This document shows positions 35,143-45,441 of a stretch of DNA of 64,000 nt, piece after piece. Under the pieces are notes generated by a model. It had not been told where the DNA came from. It ran no database searches and saw nothing but the letters and a program-made list of their open reading frames with translations. The stretch is from Actinomycetota bacterium (GTDB lineage: Bacteria; Actinomycetota; Acidimicrobiia; Acidimicrobiales; AC-9), in assembly GCA_005888295.1 (NCBI GenBank), contig VAWP01000051.1, positions 894-64,893 of the forward strand. The letters run 5' to 3'. Numbering within the stretch: position 1 is the stretch's first letter; each line of letters opens with the position of its first letter. The position numbers and the translations under genes are program-made.

Positions 35143-35779
35143 GTGTGGCGCCAGCACGCTCGTCGACTGGGCCGTCGCCGCACGACCCATCCCTGGCGAG
35201 TCGCTGTCGGGCGATCAGTGCGTGGTCGAGGTCACCGGGACCGAGACGCTCCTCGCCGTGGTCGACGGGCTCGGTCACGGGCCGGAGGCTGCGGCCGCCG
35301 CCAGCGCAGCCGTCGCCGTGTTGCGCGAGAACCCCGCCGAGCCGGTCGAGGCCCTCCTCGTGCTGTGCCACGCGGCGTTGGCCGGTACTCGTGGCGCCGC
35401 TATCACGATCGCCAGCATCAGCGCCACGACCGGATCGATGAGCTGGCTCGGGGTGGGCAACGTCGAGGCGGCGCTCTTTCGGAGCAGCCCGTCGGGCAAC
35501 TCACCGGGCGGCTCGTCGCGCGCCGCCTCTCCCGACATGGCCCTCCTCGTCGGAGGCATCGTGGGACACCAGCTCCCGACACTTCGCCCGCACGCGGTCG
35601 ACCTCCGGGTGGGGGACCTGCTGTTGATGGCCACTGACGGCATCGCCCGGTCGTTCACCCAGGACGTGCCCATCGGCGCGGCGCCCGCCCGCCTCGCCGA
35701 TGGCATCCTGGAGAACCTGGCCCGACCGACCGACGACGCCCTGATCCTCGCCGCCCGCTACCGCAAGGACGGGTCGTGA
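35135..35779 (+). CDS. rsbX: RsbX-like PP2C/SpoIIE-family phosphatase
   Basis: 214 aa. GESLSGDQCVV...AVVDGLGHGPEAA...LLMATDGI are PP2C motifs. The GTG start overlaps the rsbT stop. Confidence 0.75.
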   Translation: MAECGASTLVDWAVAARPIPGESLSGDQCVVEVTGTETLLAVVDGLGHGPEAAAAASAAVAVLRENPAEPVEALLVLCHAALAGTRGAAITIASISATTGSMSWLGVGNVEAALFRSSPSGNSPGGSSRAASPDMALLVGGIVGHQLPTLRPHAVDLRVGDLLLMATDGIARSFTQDVPIGAAPARLADGILENLARPTDDALILAARYRKDGS

Positions 35780-37971
35780 GCGAGGCCGTCGACCGGTTCC
35801 GTCATGACTACGAGGCAGCCCTGCGTGCCCACCTCGCCTCCCGGAGCGAGGCCGGGCTGAGCGTCGCCTACGAGCTGGGCCGGCGGGCGCTGGCCGAGGG
35901 GATCAGCCTGCTCGAGATGGCCAGCATGCACCTGGCCGCCACGTGTCGCGCGCCGGCGGGAGGGGAGGCCGGGGACACGGAGGCGAGGGTCGAGGCGGGC
36001 ACCCAGTTCCTCCTCCAGGCCATGGCGACCTTCGACATGGCTCAGCGGGGCTTTTGGGAGGCGCGCGAACGCGCCCGGGTCGAGCAGCAGCACGTGGCCC
36101 GCCTCCAGACGCTCGCCGAGGCGTCGGTGGCGGTCATCGCCCGTCCGGACCTCGCCGACCGGTTCCCCGAGATCGCCAAGCAGGCCCTGGTGGTCGCGGG
36201 AGGAGGAGAGGCGGCGATCAGGTTCCAGGCCGAGGACGGCGTCATGCAGTCGTCCACCTCCGTCGTGCCTCCTGCCATCGTCACGGCCATGGCGGACGTC
36301 GAGCGGGGTGGCGCGCCGGACGGGAGCTCGAGCTGGCTCGCCGCGCCGATCACCGGCCCCCACGGCAGCACCGCGGGTGTCATCGCGGTGTGGGAAACCA
36401 GCGACGACCTGGGCCCGCTGGACGGCGCCATCCTCGCCCAGTTCGCCCAGATGGCCTCCGAGGCCCTGCACAACGCGCAGGTCTACGAGCAGATGCGACG
36501 GATCGCCGTCACCCTCCAGCACAGCCTGCTGCCCAAAGCCCTGCCCGAGCTGCCCGGCCTCGTCCTCGGGGCCAGGTACCTGCCGGGTGGCGCGGGCCTG
36601 GACGTCGGAGGTGACTGGTACGACGTCTTCCCGTTGGGAGCGGGCCGTCTCGGCGTGGTGATCGGCGACGTCGTCGGTCGGGGTGTGCCGGCCGCCGCCA
36701 TCATGGGCCAGTTGCAGCTCGCCGTGCGCGCCTGCGCCCTGGAGGGCGGCTCGCCGGCGACGGTGGTGAACCGGCTGAACAACCTCATTCAGAACCTCGA
36801 CGTGCCCCAGATGGCCACGCTCATCTTCGGTGTGGTCGAGCCGGACAGCGCGACGCTCCGCCTGACGAGCGCCGGCCACCCGCCGCCACTGGTGCTGGAG
36901 CCCGACGGCACGGCGCGCTTCCTCACCCTGCATCCGGTCGCTCCCCTCGGGATCGAGCCCGGCACCGCACGCGAGACCGTCGAGACGCTGCGGCCCGGCT
37001 CGACGGTCGTCCTCTACACCGACGGACTGGTCGAGCGGCGGGGAGCGACGATCGACGAGGGCTTGGGGAACCTGCTCGAGGCCGCCGGCGGCTCGAACGG
37101 CGACGTCGAGTCGCTCTGCGACCAGCTGGTGGAGCGGCTCGGCGCCGAGGGGTCGTCCGACGATGTCGCCCTGCTGGCGCTCCGGCTCGCGCCGGTCGAG
37201 CGGGAGCGGTTCGAGCTGACCCTGCCGGGCGAGCCCGGCCTCCTCGCCCCTGCCCGCCGGGCCCTCCGGCAGTGGCTGTCACAGGCCGGGGCGGAGAAGG
37301 AGGAGGTGGAGGACCTGGTCCTGGCGTGCGGCGAGGCCGCGGCCAACGCCCTCGAGCACGCCTACGGGCCGGGCGAGGACGGGACCCTTCGGATCGAGGC
37401 GGTCGACGAGGGCGGTGAGGTGAGCATCACGGTCACCGACTCGGGCCACTGGCGCCCGCGCGCCGAGCGCCCTGGTGGGCGTGGGTTCCACCTCATGAGC
37501 TCCCTCACCGACGAGGTGGAGGTCGTGCCCGGCTCGTCGGGGACCGTCGTGCACTTCCGGCGCCGCCTCGGTCGCCAGCCCCGGCCCCGGTCGCCATGGT
37601 CGCCGACACCAGAGATGGAGGCCGACCACCCGAACGCTGACGGCGCCGAGGTCGTGGTGGTCCGCATCGAGGAGGAGGTCGACCTCTCGAACGCCGACCG
37701 GCTCGGCGCTCAGGCGGCGAAGGCGGTGCCCAACTCGGCGGCCGGGCTCGTCATCGACCTGTCGGGCGTGGCGTACATCGACAGCGCCGGCATCGGACTG
37801 CTGTTCAAGCTCGGCGAGCGGCTCCAGCGACGTCGGCAGCACCTCGCCGTCGTCGTCCCGGACGAGTCGCCCGTGCGGCGCGTGCTGGTCGTGAGCGCCT
37901 TCGATCGTGTGGTGGACCTGGCGGCCAGCGTCGAGGACGCCAGCGCGCGGGTGCGGACAGCCGTCCGCTGA
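35776..37971 (+). CDS. multidomain RsbU_N-GAF-PP2C-RsbW-like kinase-STAS protein
   Basis: 731 aa. The N-terminal helical domain resembles the RsbU N-domain. PP2C motifs are GGDWYDV, VIGDVVGRG and LYTDGLVE. The GHKL block is ACGEAAANALEHAY...DSGHW...GRGFHLM. The C-terminal STAS block is LVIDLSGVAYIDSAGIGLL. Confidence 0.75.
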   Translation: MSEAVDRFRHDYEAALRAHLASRSEAGLSVAYELGRRALAEGISLLEMASMHLAATCRAPAGGEAGDTEARVEAGTQFLLQAMATFDMAQRGFWEARERARVEQQHVARLQTLAEASVAVIARPDLADRFPEIAKQALVVAGGGEAAIRFQAEDGVMQSSTSVVPPAIVTAMADVERGGAPDGSSSWLAAPITGPHGSTAGVIAVWETSDDLGPLDGAILAQFAQMASEALHNAQVYEQMRRIAVTLQHSLLPKALPELPGLVLGARYLPGGAGLDVGGDWYDVFPLGAGRLGVVIGDVVGRGVPAAAIMGQLQLAVRACALEGGSPATVVNRLNNLIQNLDVPQMATLIFGVVEPDSATLRLTSAGHPPPLVLEPDGTARFLTLHPVAPLGIEPGTARETVETLRPGSTVVLYTDGLVERRGATIDEGLGNLLEAAGGSNGDVESLCDQLVERLGAEGSSDDVALLALRLAPVERERFELTLPGEPGLLAPARRALRQWLSQAGAEKEEVEDLVLACGEAAANALEHAYGPGEDGTLRIEAVDEGGEVSITVTDSGHWRPRAERPGGRGFHLMSSLTDEVEVVPGSSGTVVHFRRRLGRQPRPRSPWSPTPEMEADHPNADGAEVVVVRIEEEVDLSNADRLGAQAAKAVPNSAAGLVIDLSGVAYIDSAGIGLLFKLGERLQRRRQHLAVVVPDESPVRRVLVVSAFDRVVDLAASVEDASARVRTAVR

Positions 37972-37983
37972 CGGCGCAGCGCG

Positions 37984-38948
37984 TCAGCCCGGACAGCACC
38001 CGGGCGGGCAGACGTCGGGGCGCGGCTCGTGCGTCCCCAGCCGTCGTCGCCGGCTCTGCGGCTGGCCCCGCTCGGCGACGAGGTCGACGATCATGGCGAC
38101 GAACTCCGGGTCGGTTCCCACGGTGGGTGCTCGGTGCGCTCGCAGCCCGAGCTCGTCCGCCTTGGCCGCCGCCTCGACGTCCAGGTCGAAGCAGACCTCC
38201 ATGTGGTCCGACACGAACCCGATGGGGACGATCACCACGTCGTCGACACCGGCCGCGGCGAGCTTCTCGAGGTGGTCGCCCACATCCGGCTCGAGCCACG
38301 GTTGTCCCGGCGGACCGCTGCGGCTCTGGTACACGAGCTCCCACGGATACCGGTCCCCGAGCACGCCGGAGACGAGCCGGCAGGCCTCGTCCAGCTGCGC
38401 TTCGTAGTCGCTCGACCGGGCCATGGCCACCGGGATGCTGTGGGCGGTGAAGGCCAGACGGGCCTGGCGACGTCGACCCTCGGGCACCTCGCCGAGGGTT
38501 GCCTCGACGCCGCGCGCCACTGGTCGGACGAACCCCGGGTGGTTGTAGAACGCCCGCAGCTTGCCCACCGTCGGGGCCCGCTCGCCCGCGTCGGCCCGCG
38601 CCCGCTCGATGTCCTCGAGGTACTGACGGCATCCGGGGTAGGAGCTGAAGGCCGAGGTGACGAAGGCGACCGCCTGGCCGACGCCGTCGTCGGCCACCCC
38701 CAGTAGACCGGGAGCTTCCATCCCCGTCGAGCCACCTCGGCTTCGAGGGCGGCGACGAGGGCCCGGTTCTGGGCGTTGATCGGGCTCACCCCGCCGAAGC
38801 GGTGATAATGCTCGGCCACCTCGAGCAGGCGCCGGCGGGGTACGTCGCGCCCCGCGGTGACGTTCTCGAGGAAGGGGAGGACATCGTCGGGACCCTCCGG
38901 CCCGCCGAAGGACACCACCACGAGGGCGTCACACTGCTGGGCGCTCAC
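37984..38948 (-). pseudogene. hemH: ferrochelatase, interrupted by an out-of-frame internal deletion
   Basis: The N-terminal 84 aa (…[21 protein letters not shown]…[12 protein letters not shown]…LPVYWG) are in one frame. The remainder ([26 protein letters not shown]…[14 protein letters not shown]…) is in another. The conserved GNRNWxPY segment is absent at the junction near 38697. Confidence 0.65.
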
Positions 38949-39044
38949 GCCCGCCGAGCCTAGGGGTCTAGGGGGCGCTGTCGCCGGCGGCTTCGCCGCC
39001 CCCGGCGCGAGCCCCCCCCCGCCGCGACCGTACCCGCGGCCCTA

Positions 39045-39082
39045 CCGCCCCCGGGCGGGTTGAGATCCCCGTCCGGGGGCGG
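39045..39082 (-). terminator. strong GC hairpin downstream of the acetate-transporter gene
   Basis: 15-bp stem (one G-U pair) CCGCCCCCGGGCGGG / CCCGTCCGGGGGCGG with an 8-nt loop. It starts 11 nt after the minus-strand stop at 39093. There is no U-tract. Confidence 0.45.
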
Positions 39083-39092
39083 CGACTCAGGG

Positions 39093-39830
39093 CTACCGAC
39101 CCGGCGCCGTGGTCTCGGTGCGCGCCTCGCCGCGTTGGCCGTCACCGCCGGCACCGTCTCCGTGGCCGAGCCCGTTGCGGCCCAGCTCGAGCGGTCCCGT
39201 CGGCAGCACCGTTCGCTTCCACGTCGCGTTGGTCACGCCGGCGAAGGACGCGTACCACGCGACGGCTCCGGTCAGGATGCCGACGTAGCCCCCGATCTTC
39301 ACGATCTGCGTGTTCTGGGCGAGCTCGCCGCTCGCCAGGATGGCGAACGTGACGAACAGGGTGAGGAACACGAGGGCCACGGCGGCCGTCGTCCTGAGGG
39401 ATGCGACCAGCATGTACAGCGTGAAGAACCCCCACACGGCGAGGAAGAGGCCCGTGGCCTGGTAGGCCGTCGACTTCGGCAGCCCGGGAGCGATGAACCT
39501 GGCGTAGCCGGCGTAGGCGAGCCAGAACGCTCCGAAGGAGCTGAAGGCCAGTGCCCCGAACGTGTTGTTCCTCACGAACTCCCACATCCCGGCGAGCAGC
39601 TGGGCAAGACCCCCGTAGAACAGGGCCAGCGGCAGCACCACCGTTGCCAGGGCGGCAGGGATGAGGTCGCCGTTGACGACGCTGAGCACGACGGTCGTCA
39701 TGGCGAAGGCTGCCAACCCGAGTGGGGCTGGGTCGGCGATCTCACGATGGGAGATCAACCGCGGCCCGGCGGGTTCCTCCTCACGCGTGTCGGCCCGAGC
39801 GTCGTCGGGCGTCTTGGAGACGTACGCCAT
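39093..39830 (-). CDS. acetate uptake transporter (GPR1/FUN34/YaaH, SatP-like)
   Basis: Family signature DPAPLGLAAFAMTT and six TM segments. It lies directly downstream of acs. Confidence 0.8.
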   Translation of the reverse strand: MAYVSKTPDDARADTREEEPAGPRLISHREIADPAPLGLAAFAMTTVVLSVVNGDLIPAALATVVLPLALFYGGLAQLLAGMWEFVRNNTFGALAFSSFGAFWLAYAGYARFIAPGLPKSTAYQATGLFLAVWGFFTLYMLVASLRTTAAVALVFLTLFVTFAILASGELAQNTQIVKIGGYVGILTGAVAWYASFAGVTNATWKRTVLPTGPLELGRNGLGHGDGAGGDGQRGEARTETTAPGR

Positions 39831-39881
39831 TGGTCGTCACCTTCCTTCGGTTGCTACTGGACTCGGTTCGTGGGCAAGGGG

Positions 39882-41870
<1,989 letters not shown>

Positions 41871-42002
41871 CGTCACCTCCAGGCTTGGCGGCGTTGCCTC
41901 CTGGTCCACGCGATTGTCCAGCCGCGCTGACGGTCGGTGTTTACCCGGGCCGGTCGATCCCCAATCCCATGTCGGGACAATCACCGCGCCCCGGGGTGGT
42001 CG

Positions 42003-43450
42003 TCACGGGCCCGGGTAGGCGGCCAGCGCCGCCACCGCGCGCTGCTCGACCTCGGTCAGGTTCCCGGGCCCGTTGAGGATCATGGCGAAATGGATCGGGT
42101 GTCCCAGGTCGAGCGTTCCGGCCATCGCCGCGACCCCGCCGATCGAGCCTGTCTTGGCCGCCAGGTGGCCCTGGAGTGGTGTCCCGGCCCACCGGTTGAC
42201 GAGCGTCCCCGACAGCCCGGCGACAGGGAGTCCGAGGGGGATGGCGGCCAGCTCCGGTCGGGACGTGCCCCGGTCGACGGCACCCAGGAGCGTGTCGCAG
42301 GTGGCCCGGTCGTCGTGGCTGAGCCCCGAGCCGTCGACCAGGGTCAGGCCGCCGGTCGGGATGCCGAGCCCCTGATCGACCTGCGCGACCGCCCGCAGCC
42401 CGGCCGCGGTGCTGCCCTCGCCTCGACCCGCCGACCGAGCTCGAGGGCGAGCATCTCGGCCGTGTGGTTGTCACTCGATCGGAGCATGGCCGTGACGATC
42501 TGACCGAGAGGGACCGACTGGACCGTCGCCAGGACCGTGCCGTTTGGCGCCACCGCATCCGGCGCCGGCACGGGGGGAGCGGCGACCCCCCTGAGGGCGA
42601 GGAGGCGGCTGAGCTGTCCGGCGGCGAAGGCCGGAGGGTCGGCGGCGGGGACGTACCCGGACGTGAAGCCCTGCCAGCCCTGGTTGAGATCGAGCGCGCT
42701 CAGGGGGCTGGCGTTCCCCGAGGCCACGTCCGCCGGGGTCCACTGCGGTAGGTAGCGCACGCCGACGAAGCGCGCGTCGTCGCCGTGGATGCCGCCGGGC
42801 ACGCTCCGGACGCCGGCCGCAGCGACCTGATCGGCGAGCGACTCGAACGGGGTGGTGGGCTGGCCGGCGTAGCGGCGGTCTCGCACCCAGGTCGCGGCGT
42901 AGTCGGCTGTCGCCAGCACCGGGTCGCCAGTTCCGACCAACCAGAGCTGGCTCACGGTGCCGTTGGTGGGTGGGTTGGCGGCGACGGCGGTGGTCTGGAA
43001 CCGGTAGTCGGGACCGAGCACGGCGAGCGCGGCCGCGGCCACGAGCAGCTTCTGGGTGGAGGCAGGGGCGAAGGGCGTGGCGCCCTGGATGTCCGCGGCG
43101 CGGAGAGCCCCCGCCAACTGGCTCTGGAGGCGGAGCTCGGCTGGTGTGGGGGGCGGAGGCGGCGCCGGCGGGGCCGTGGTGGGAGGCGTCGGGGCGGCCG
43201 GAACTGCGGCGGCCCCGAGCGCGGTGACGTGCCTGGCACGCAGGCCGGCTCCGGCCACCGGACCGGTGCCCGAGCGGAGATAGAGCCATCCGGTGGCGGC
43301 CGCGGCCTGCAGGATGGCGACGGCAGCCAGCAGCGGGAGCATCCGGCGCAGCCGGTGCCGAAGGCCCGCCCGCCGGGTGTCCGCAGCGTTCACGACTGTC
43401 AGTACGCCGGTCGCCGGGAGCTCCCCTGCTGGAAGCCCCTTTTCGGGCAT
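42003..43450 (-). pseudogene. dacB: D-alanyl-D-alanine carboxypeptidase/endopeptidase (PBP4, DacB-like) with a 1-nt frameshift
   Basis: SxxK (ASTQK) and SxN (SSDN) are in the 42344..43450 frame. The KTG motif (KTGS) and the remaining 139 codons continue in another frame down to the TGA at 42003-42005. The frame change is near 42418-42427. Confidence 0.65.
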
Positions 43451-43485
43451 AGCGCCCCGAGGTGGCGATAGTTTGTTTGGCTAAG

Positions 43486-43491
43486 TAAAAT
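43486..43491 (+). promoter_or_regulatory. candidate -10 hexamer (TAAAAT) 7 nt upstream of the MarR ATG, implying a leaderless transcript
   Basis: An AT-rich patch ATAGTTTGTTTGGCTAAGTAAAATAG sits in an otherwise GC-rich region. TAAAAT is at 43486-43491 and the ATG at 43499, with no SD. Confidence 0.35.
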
Positions 43492-43498
43492 AGGGTCG

Positions 43499-43963
43499 AT
43501 GACCGGGAGGCCTGTGACCGAGAGCCCCGTGACCGCCATGGATCGTGACGCCGAGCTGGCCGCCCGCCTGCGTCTCGTCGTCACCCGGCTCTCGCGGCGC
43601 CTGCGCCAGCAGGCGGAGGCGGGGGTCACCGCCTCGCAGCTGTCCGCCCTGTCGACGATCGACCGGTGCGGGCCGTTGACGCTCGGCGACCTCGCCGCCG
43701 CCGAGCAGGTGCAGCCGCCGAGCCTGACCCGGGTTGTGTCCCATCTGGAGGAGGAGGGCCTCGTCGAGCGCCAGGCGTGCCAGCAGGATCGGCGCGTGGC
43801 CCGGGTTCGCGTGACCACAGAGGGCCGGGATCTCCTCCAGCGCAGCCGGACACGCAAGAACGCCTACCTGGCCCGCCGGCTGCGGACGCTCGACGTCGCC
43901 GATCGGGCGGTGATGGCAGACGTCGTCGGCGTCCTCGAGCACATGCTGGAGGGAGGGGAGTGA
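43499..43963 (+). CDS. MarR family transcriptional regulator
   Basis: Winged-helix block LTLGDLAAAEQVQPPSLTRVVSHLEEEGLVERQACQQDRRVARVRVTTEG. Confidence 0.85.
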   Translation: MTGRPVTESPVTAMDRDAELAARLRLVVTRLSRRLRQQAEAGVTASQLSALSTIDRCGPLTLGDLAAAEQVQPPSLTRVVSHLEEEGLVERQACQQDRRVARVRVTTEGRDLLQRSRTRKNAYLARRLRTLDVADRAVMADVVGVLEHMLEGGE

Positions 43964-45441
43964 CGAGCATCAGGCAGGCGACGGGGAGGACGTTCCGCTC
44001 GCTGAGCGTGCGCAACTACCGCCTGTACTTCGCCGGCCAGGTCGTCTCCGTCAGCGGCACCTGGATGCAGCAGGTGGCCCAGGCCTGGTTGGTGCTCCGC
44101 CTCACCAACAGCGGTGTCGCCTTGGGAACCGTCACCGCGCTCCAGTTCCTGCCGGTGCTGCTGGGCGGCGCGTGGGGTGGGGTCGTCGCAGACCGCTTCG
44201 ACAAGCGCAGCGTGCTGTTCGGTACGCAGGCGACCGCGGGATTGCTGGCGCTCGTGCTGGGCCTGCTCACCCTGAGCGGGCACATCCAACTGTGGATGGT
44301 CTACGTGCTGGCCGCGGCGCTCGGGTGCGTCAACGCCGTGGACAACCCGAGCCGCCAGGCCTTCGTGCACGAGCTCGTCGGCCGGGCCGACCTGCCGAAC
44401 GCGGTGAGCCTCAACAGCGTGCTCATGAACGCGGCCCGGGTGATCGGTCCCGCGCTGGCGGCCGTCCTGATCGTCACCGTGGGCATCGCTCCCTGCTTCC
44501 TGATCAACGCCGCCTCATACGGCGCCGTCATCTTCGGGCTGGCCCTCATGCGGCCCGAGGACCTCCTCGGCACGGGCACCGTCGCCAGGGCCAAGGGCCA
44601 GCTGCGGGCGGGCCTGCGCTACGCCTGGTCCACGCCCGAGCTGCGGAACCCGTTGCTCCTCATGGTGGTGATCGGCACGCTCGCCTACGAGTTCCCGGTC
44701 ACGCTGCCGCTCATGGCGAGGTTCACCTTCCACGGCGGTGCCGGCGCCTACGGTCTGATGACCTCGTGCATGGCCGCCGGTGCCGTGGTGGGTGGCCTGG
44801 CCGTGGCCAGCCGGGAGCGTCCGACGTCGATGGGTCTGACGAGGGCCGCCCTGGCATTCGGCCTCCTCATCCTCGGCGTCGCCGTGGCGCCCAGCCTGGT
44901 CGTCGCGGTCGCGCTCCTCGTCGTCATGGGCGGTGCCAGCATCGCCTTCATCGCCATGTCGAACTCCACGCTGCAGCTGCGCTCCGATCCCGCCATGCGC
45001 GGCCGCGTCATGGCCCTGTTCGCCGTCGCCTTCCTGGGGAGCACGCCCATCGGCGCCCCGGTGGTCGGCGCCGTGGCCCAGGCCTGGGGGCCGCGGGCGG
45101 CACTGGCGATCGGCGGCGCCGCAGCCCTGGTAGCCGCCCTGGTGACGGCCGGCCGGCCGCTACGGGCGATCGTGTCGCGTTCCGAGGCGGACGCTGGCGG
45201 CGAGCAGGACGACCACCGCCAGCGGCAGCAGGACCACGGCGACGACGCCGAGTCCGCCCAGCAACGCAGCCAGGCCGATCACGAGGAGCACCCCGGCGGC
45301 CAGCTCGGGCGTGTCGCCTACGAGGAACTCCCACCAGAAGCGTCCGAAGGCCTGGAGGGCGCGACCGACGGTCATCGCACGTCGACTCTTAGCCGGGCCC
45401 GGCGCAGCGACGCGACGAGGCAGAACGTCACCGCGCCGTAG
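43960..45441 (+). CDS. MFS transporter
   Basis: The GTG start overlaps the MarR stop. There are 12 predicted TM segments starting with RNYRLYFAGQVVSVSGTWMQ. The last ~90 codons are a hydrophilic read-through tail antisense to a small membrane-protein gene. Confidence 0.75.
   Translation: MTSIRQATGRTFRSLSVRNYRLYFAGQVVSVSGTWMQQVAQAWLVLRLTNSGVALGTVTALQFLPVLLGGAWGGVVADRFDKRSVLFGTQATAGLLALVLGLLTLSGHIQLWMVYVLAAALGCVNAVDNPSRQAFVHELVGRADLPNAVSLNSVLMNAARVIGPALAAVLIVTVGIAPCFLINAASYGAVIFGLALMRPEDLLGTGTVARAKGQLRAGLRYAWSTPELRNPLLLMVVIGTLAYEFPVTLPLMARFTFHGGAGAYGLMTSCMAAGAVVGGLAVASRERPTSMGLTRAALAFGLLILGVAVAPSLVVAVALLVVMGGASIAFIAMSNSTLQLRSDPAMRGRVMALFAVAFLGSTPIGAPVVGAVAQAWGPRAALAIGGAAALVAALVTAGRPLRAIVSRSEADAGGEQDDHRQRQQDHGDDAESAQQRSQADHEEHPGGQLGRVAYEELPPEASEGLEGATDGHRTSTLSRARRSDATRQNVTAP
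45160..45375 (-). CDS. small (71 aa) conserved-looking membrane protein
   Basis: MTVGRALQAFGRFWWEFLVGDTPELAAGVLLVIGLAALL... The ATG overlaps the upstream stop (ATGA), and there are two hydrophobic segments. Confidence 0.55.
   Translation of the reverse strand: MTVGRALQAFGRFWWEFLVGDTPELAAGVLLVIGLAALLGGLGVVAVVLLPLAVVVLLAASVRLGTRHDRP

Noticed and set aside
39011-39021. Run of about nine C residues between hemH and the acetate-transporter gene
   Set aside because: It is an intergenic homopolymer with no adjacent reading frame that it could phase-vary. It is noted only as a likely sequencing-error hotspot.
41911-41983. 8-nt inverted repeat GATTGTCC … GGACAATC upstream of acs
   Set aside because: The arms are about 57 nt apart and only 8 bp long. 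This could be chance in a 130-nt intergenic region, and I recognise no regulator motif.
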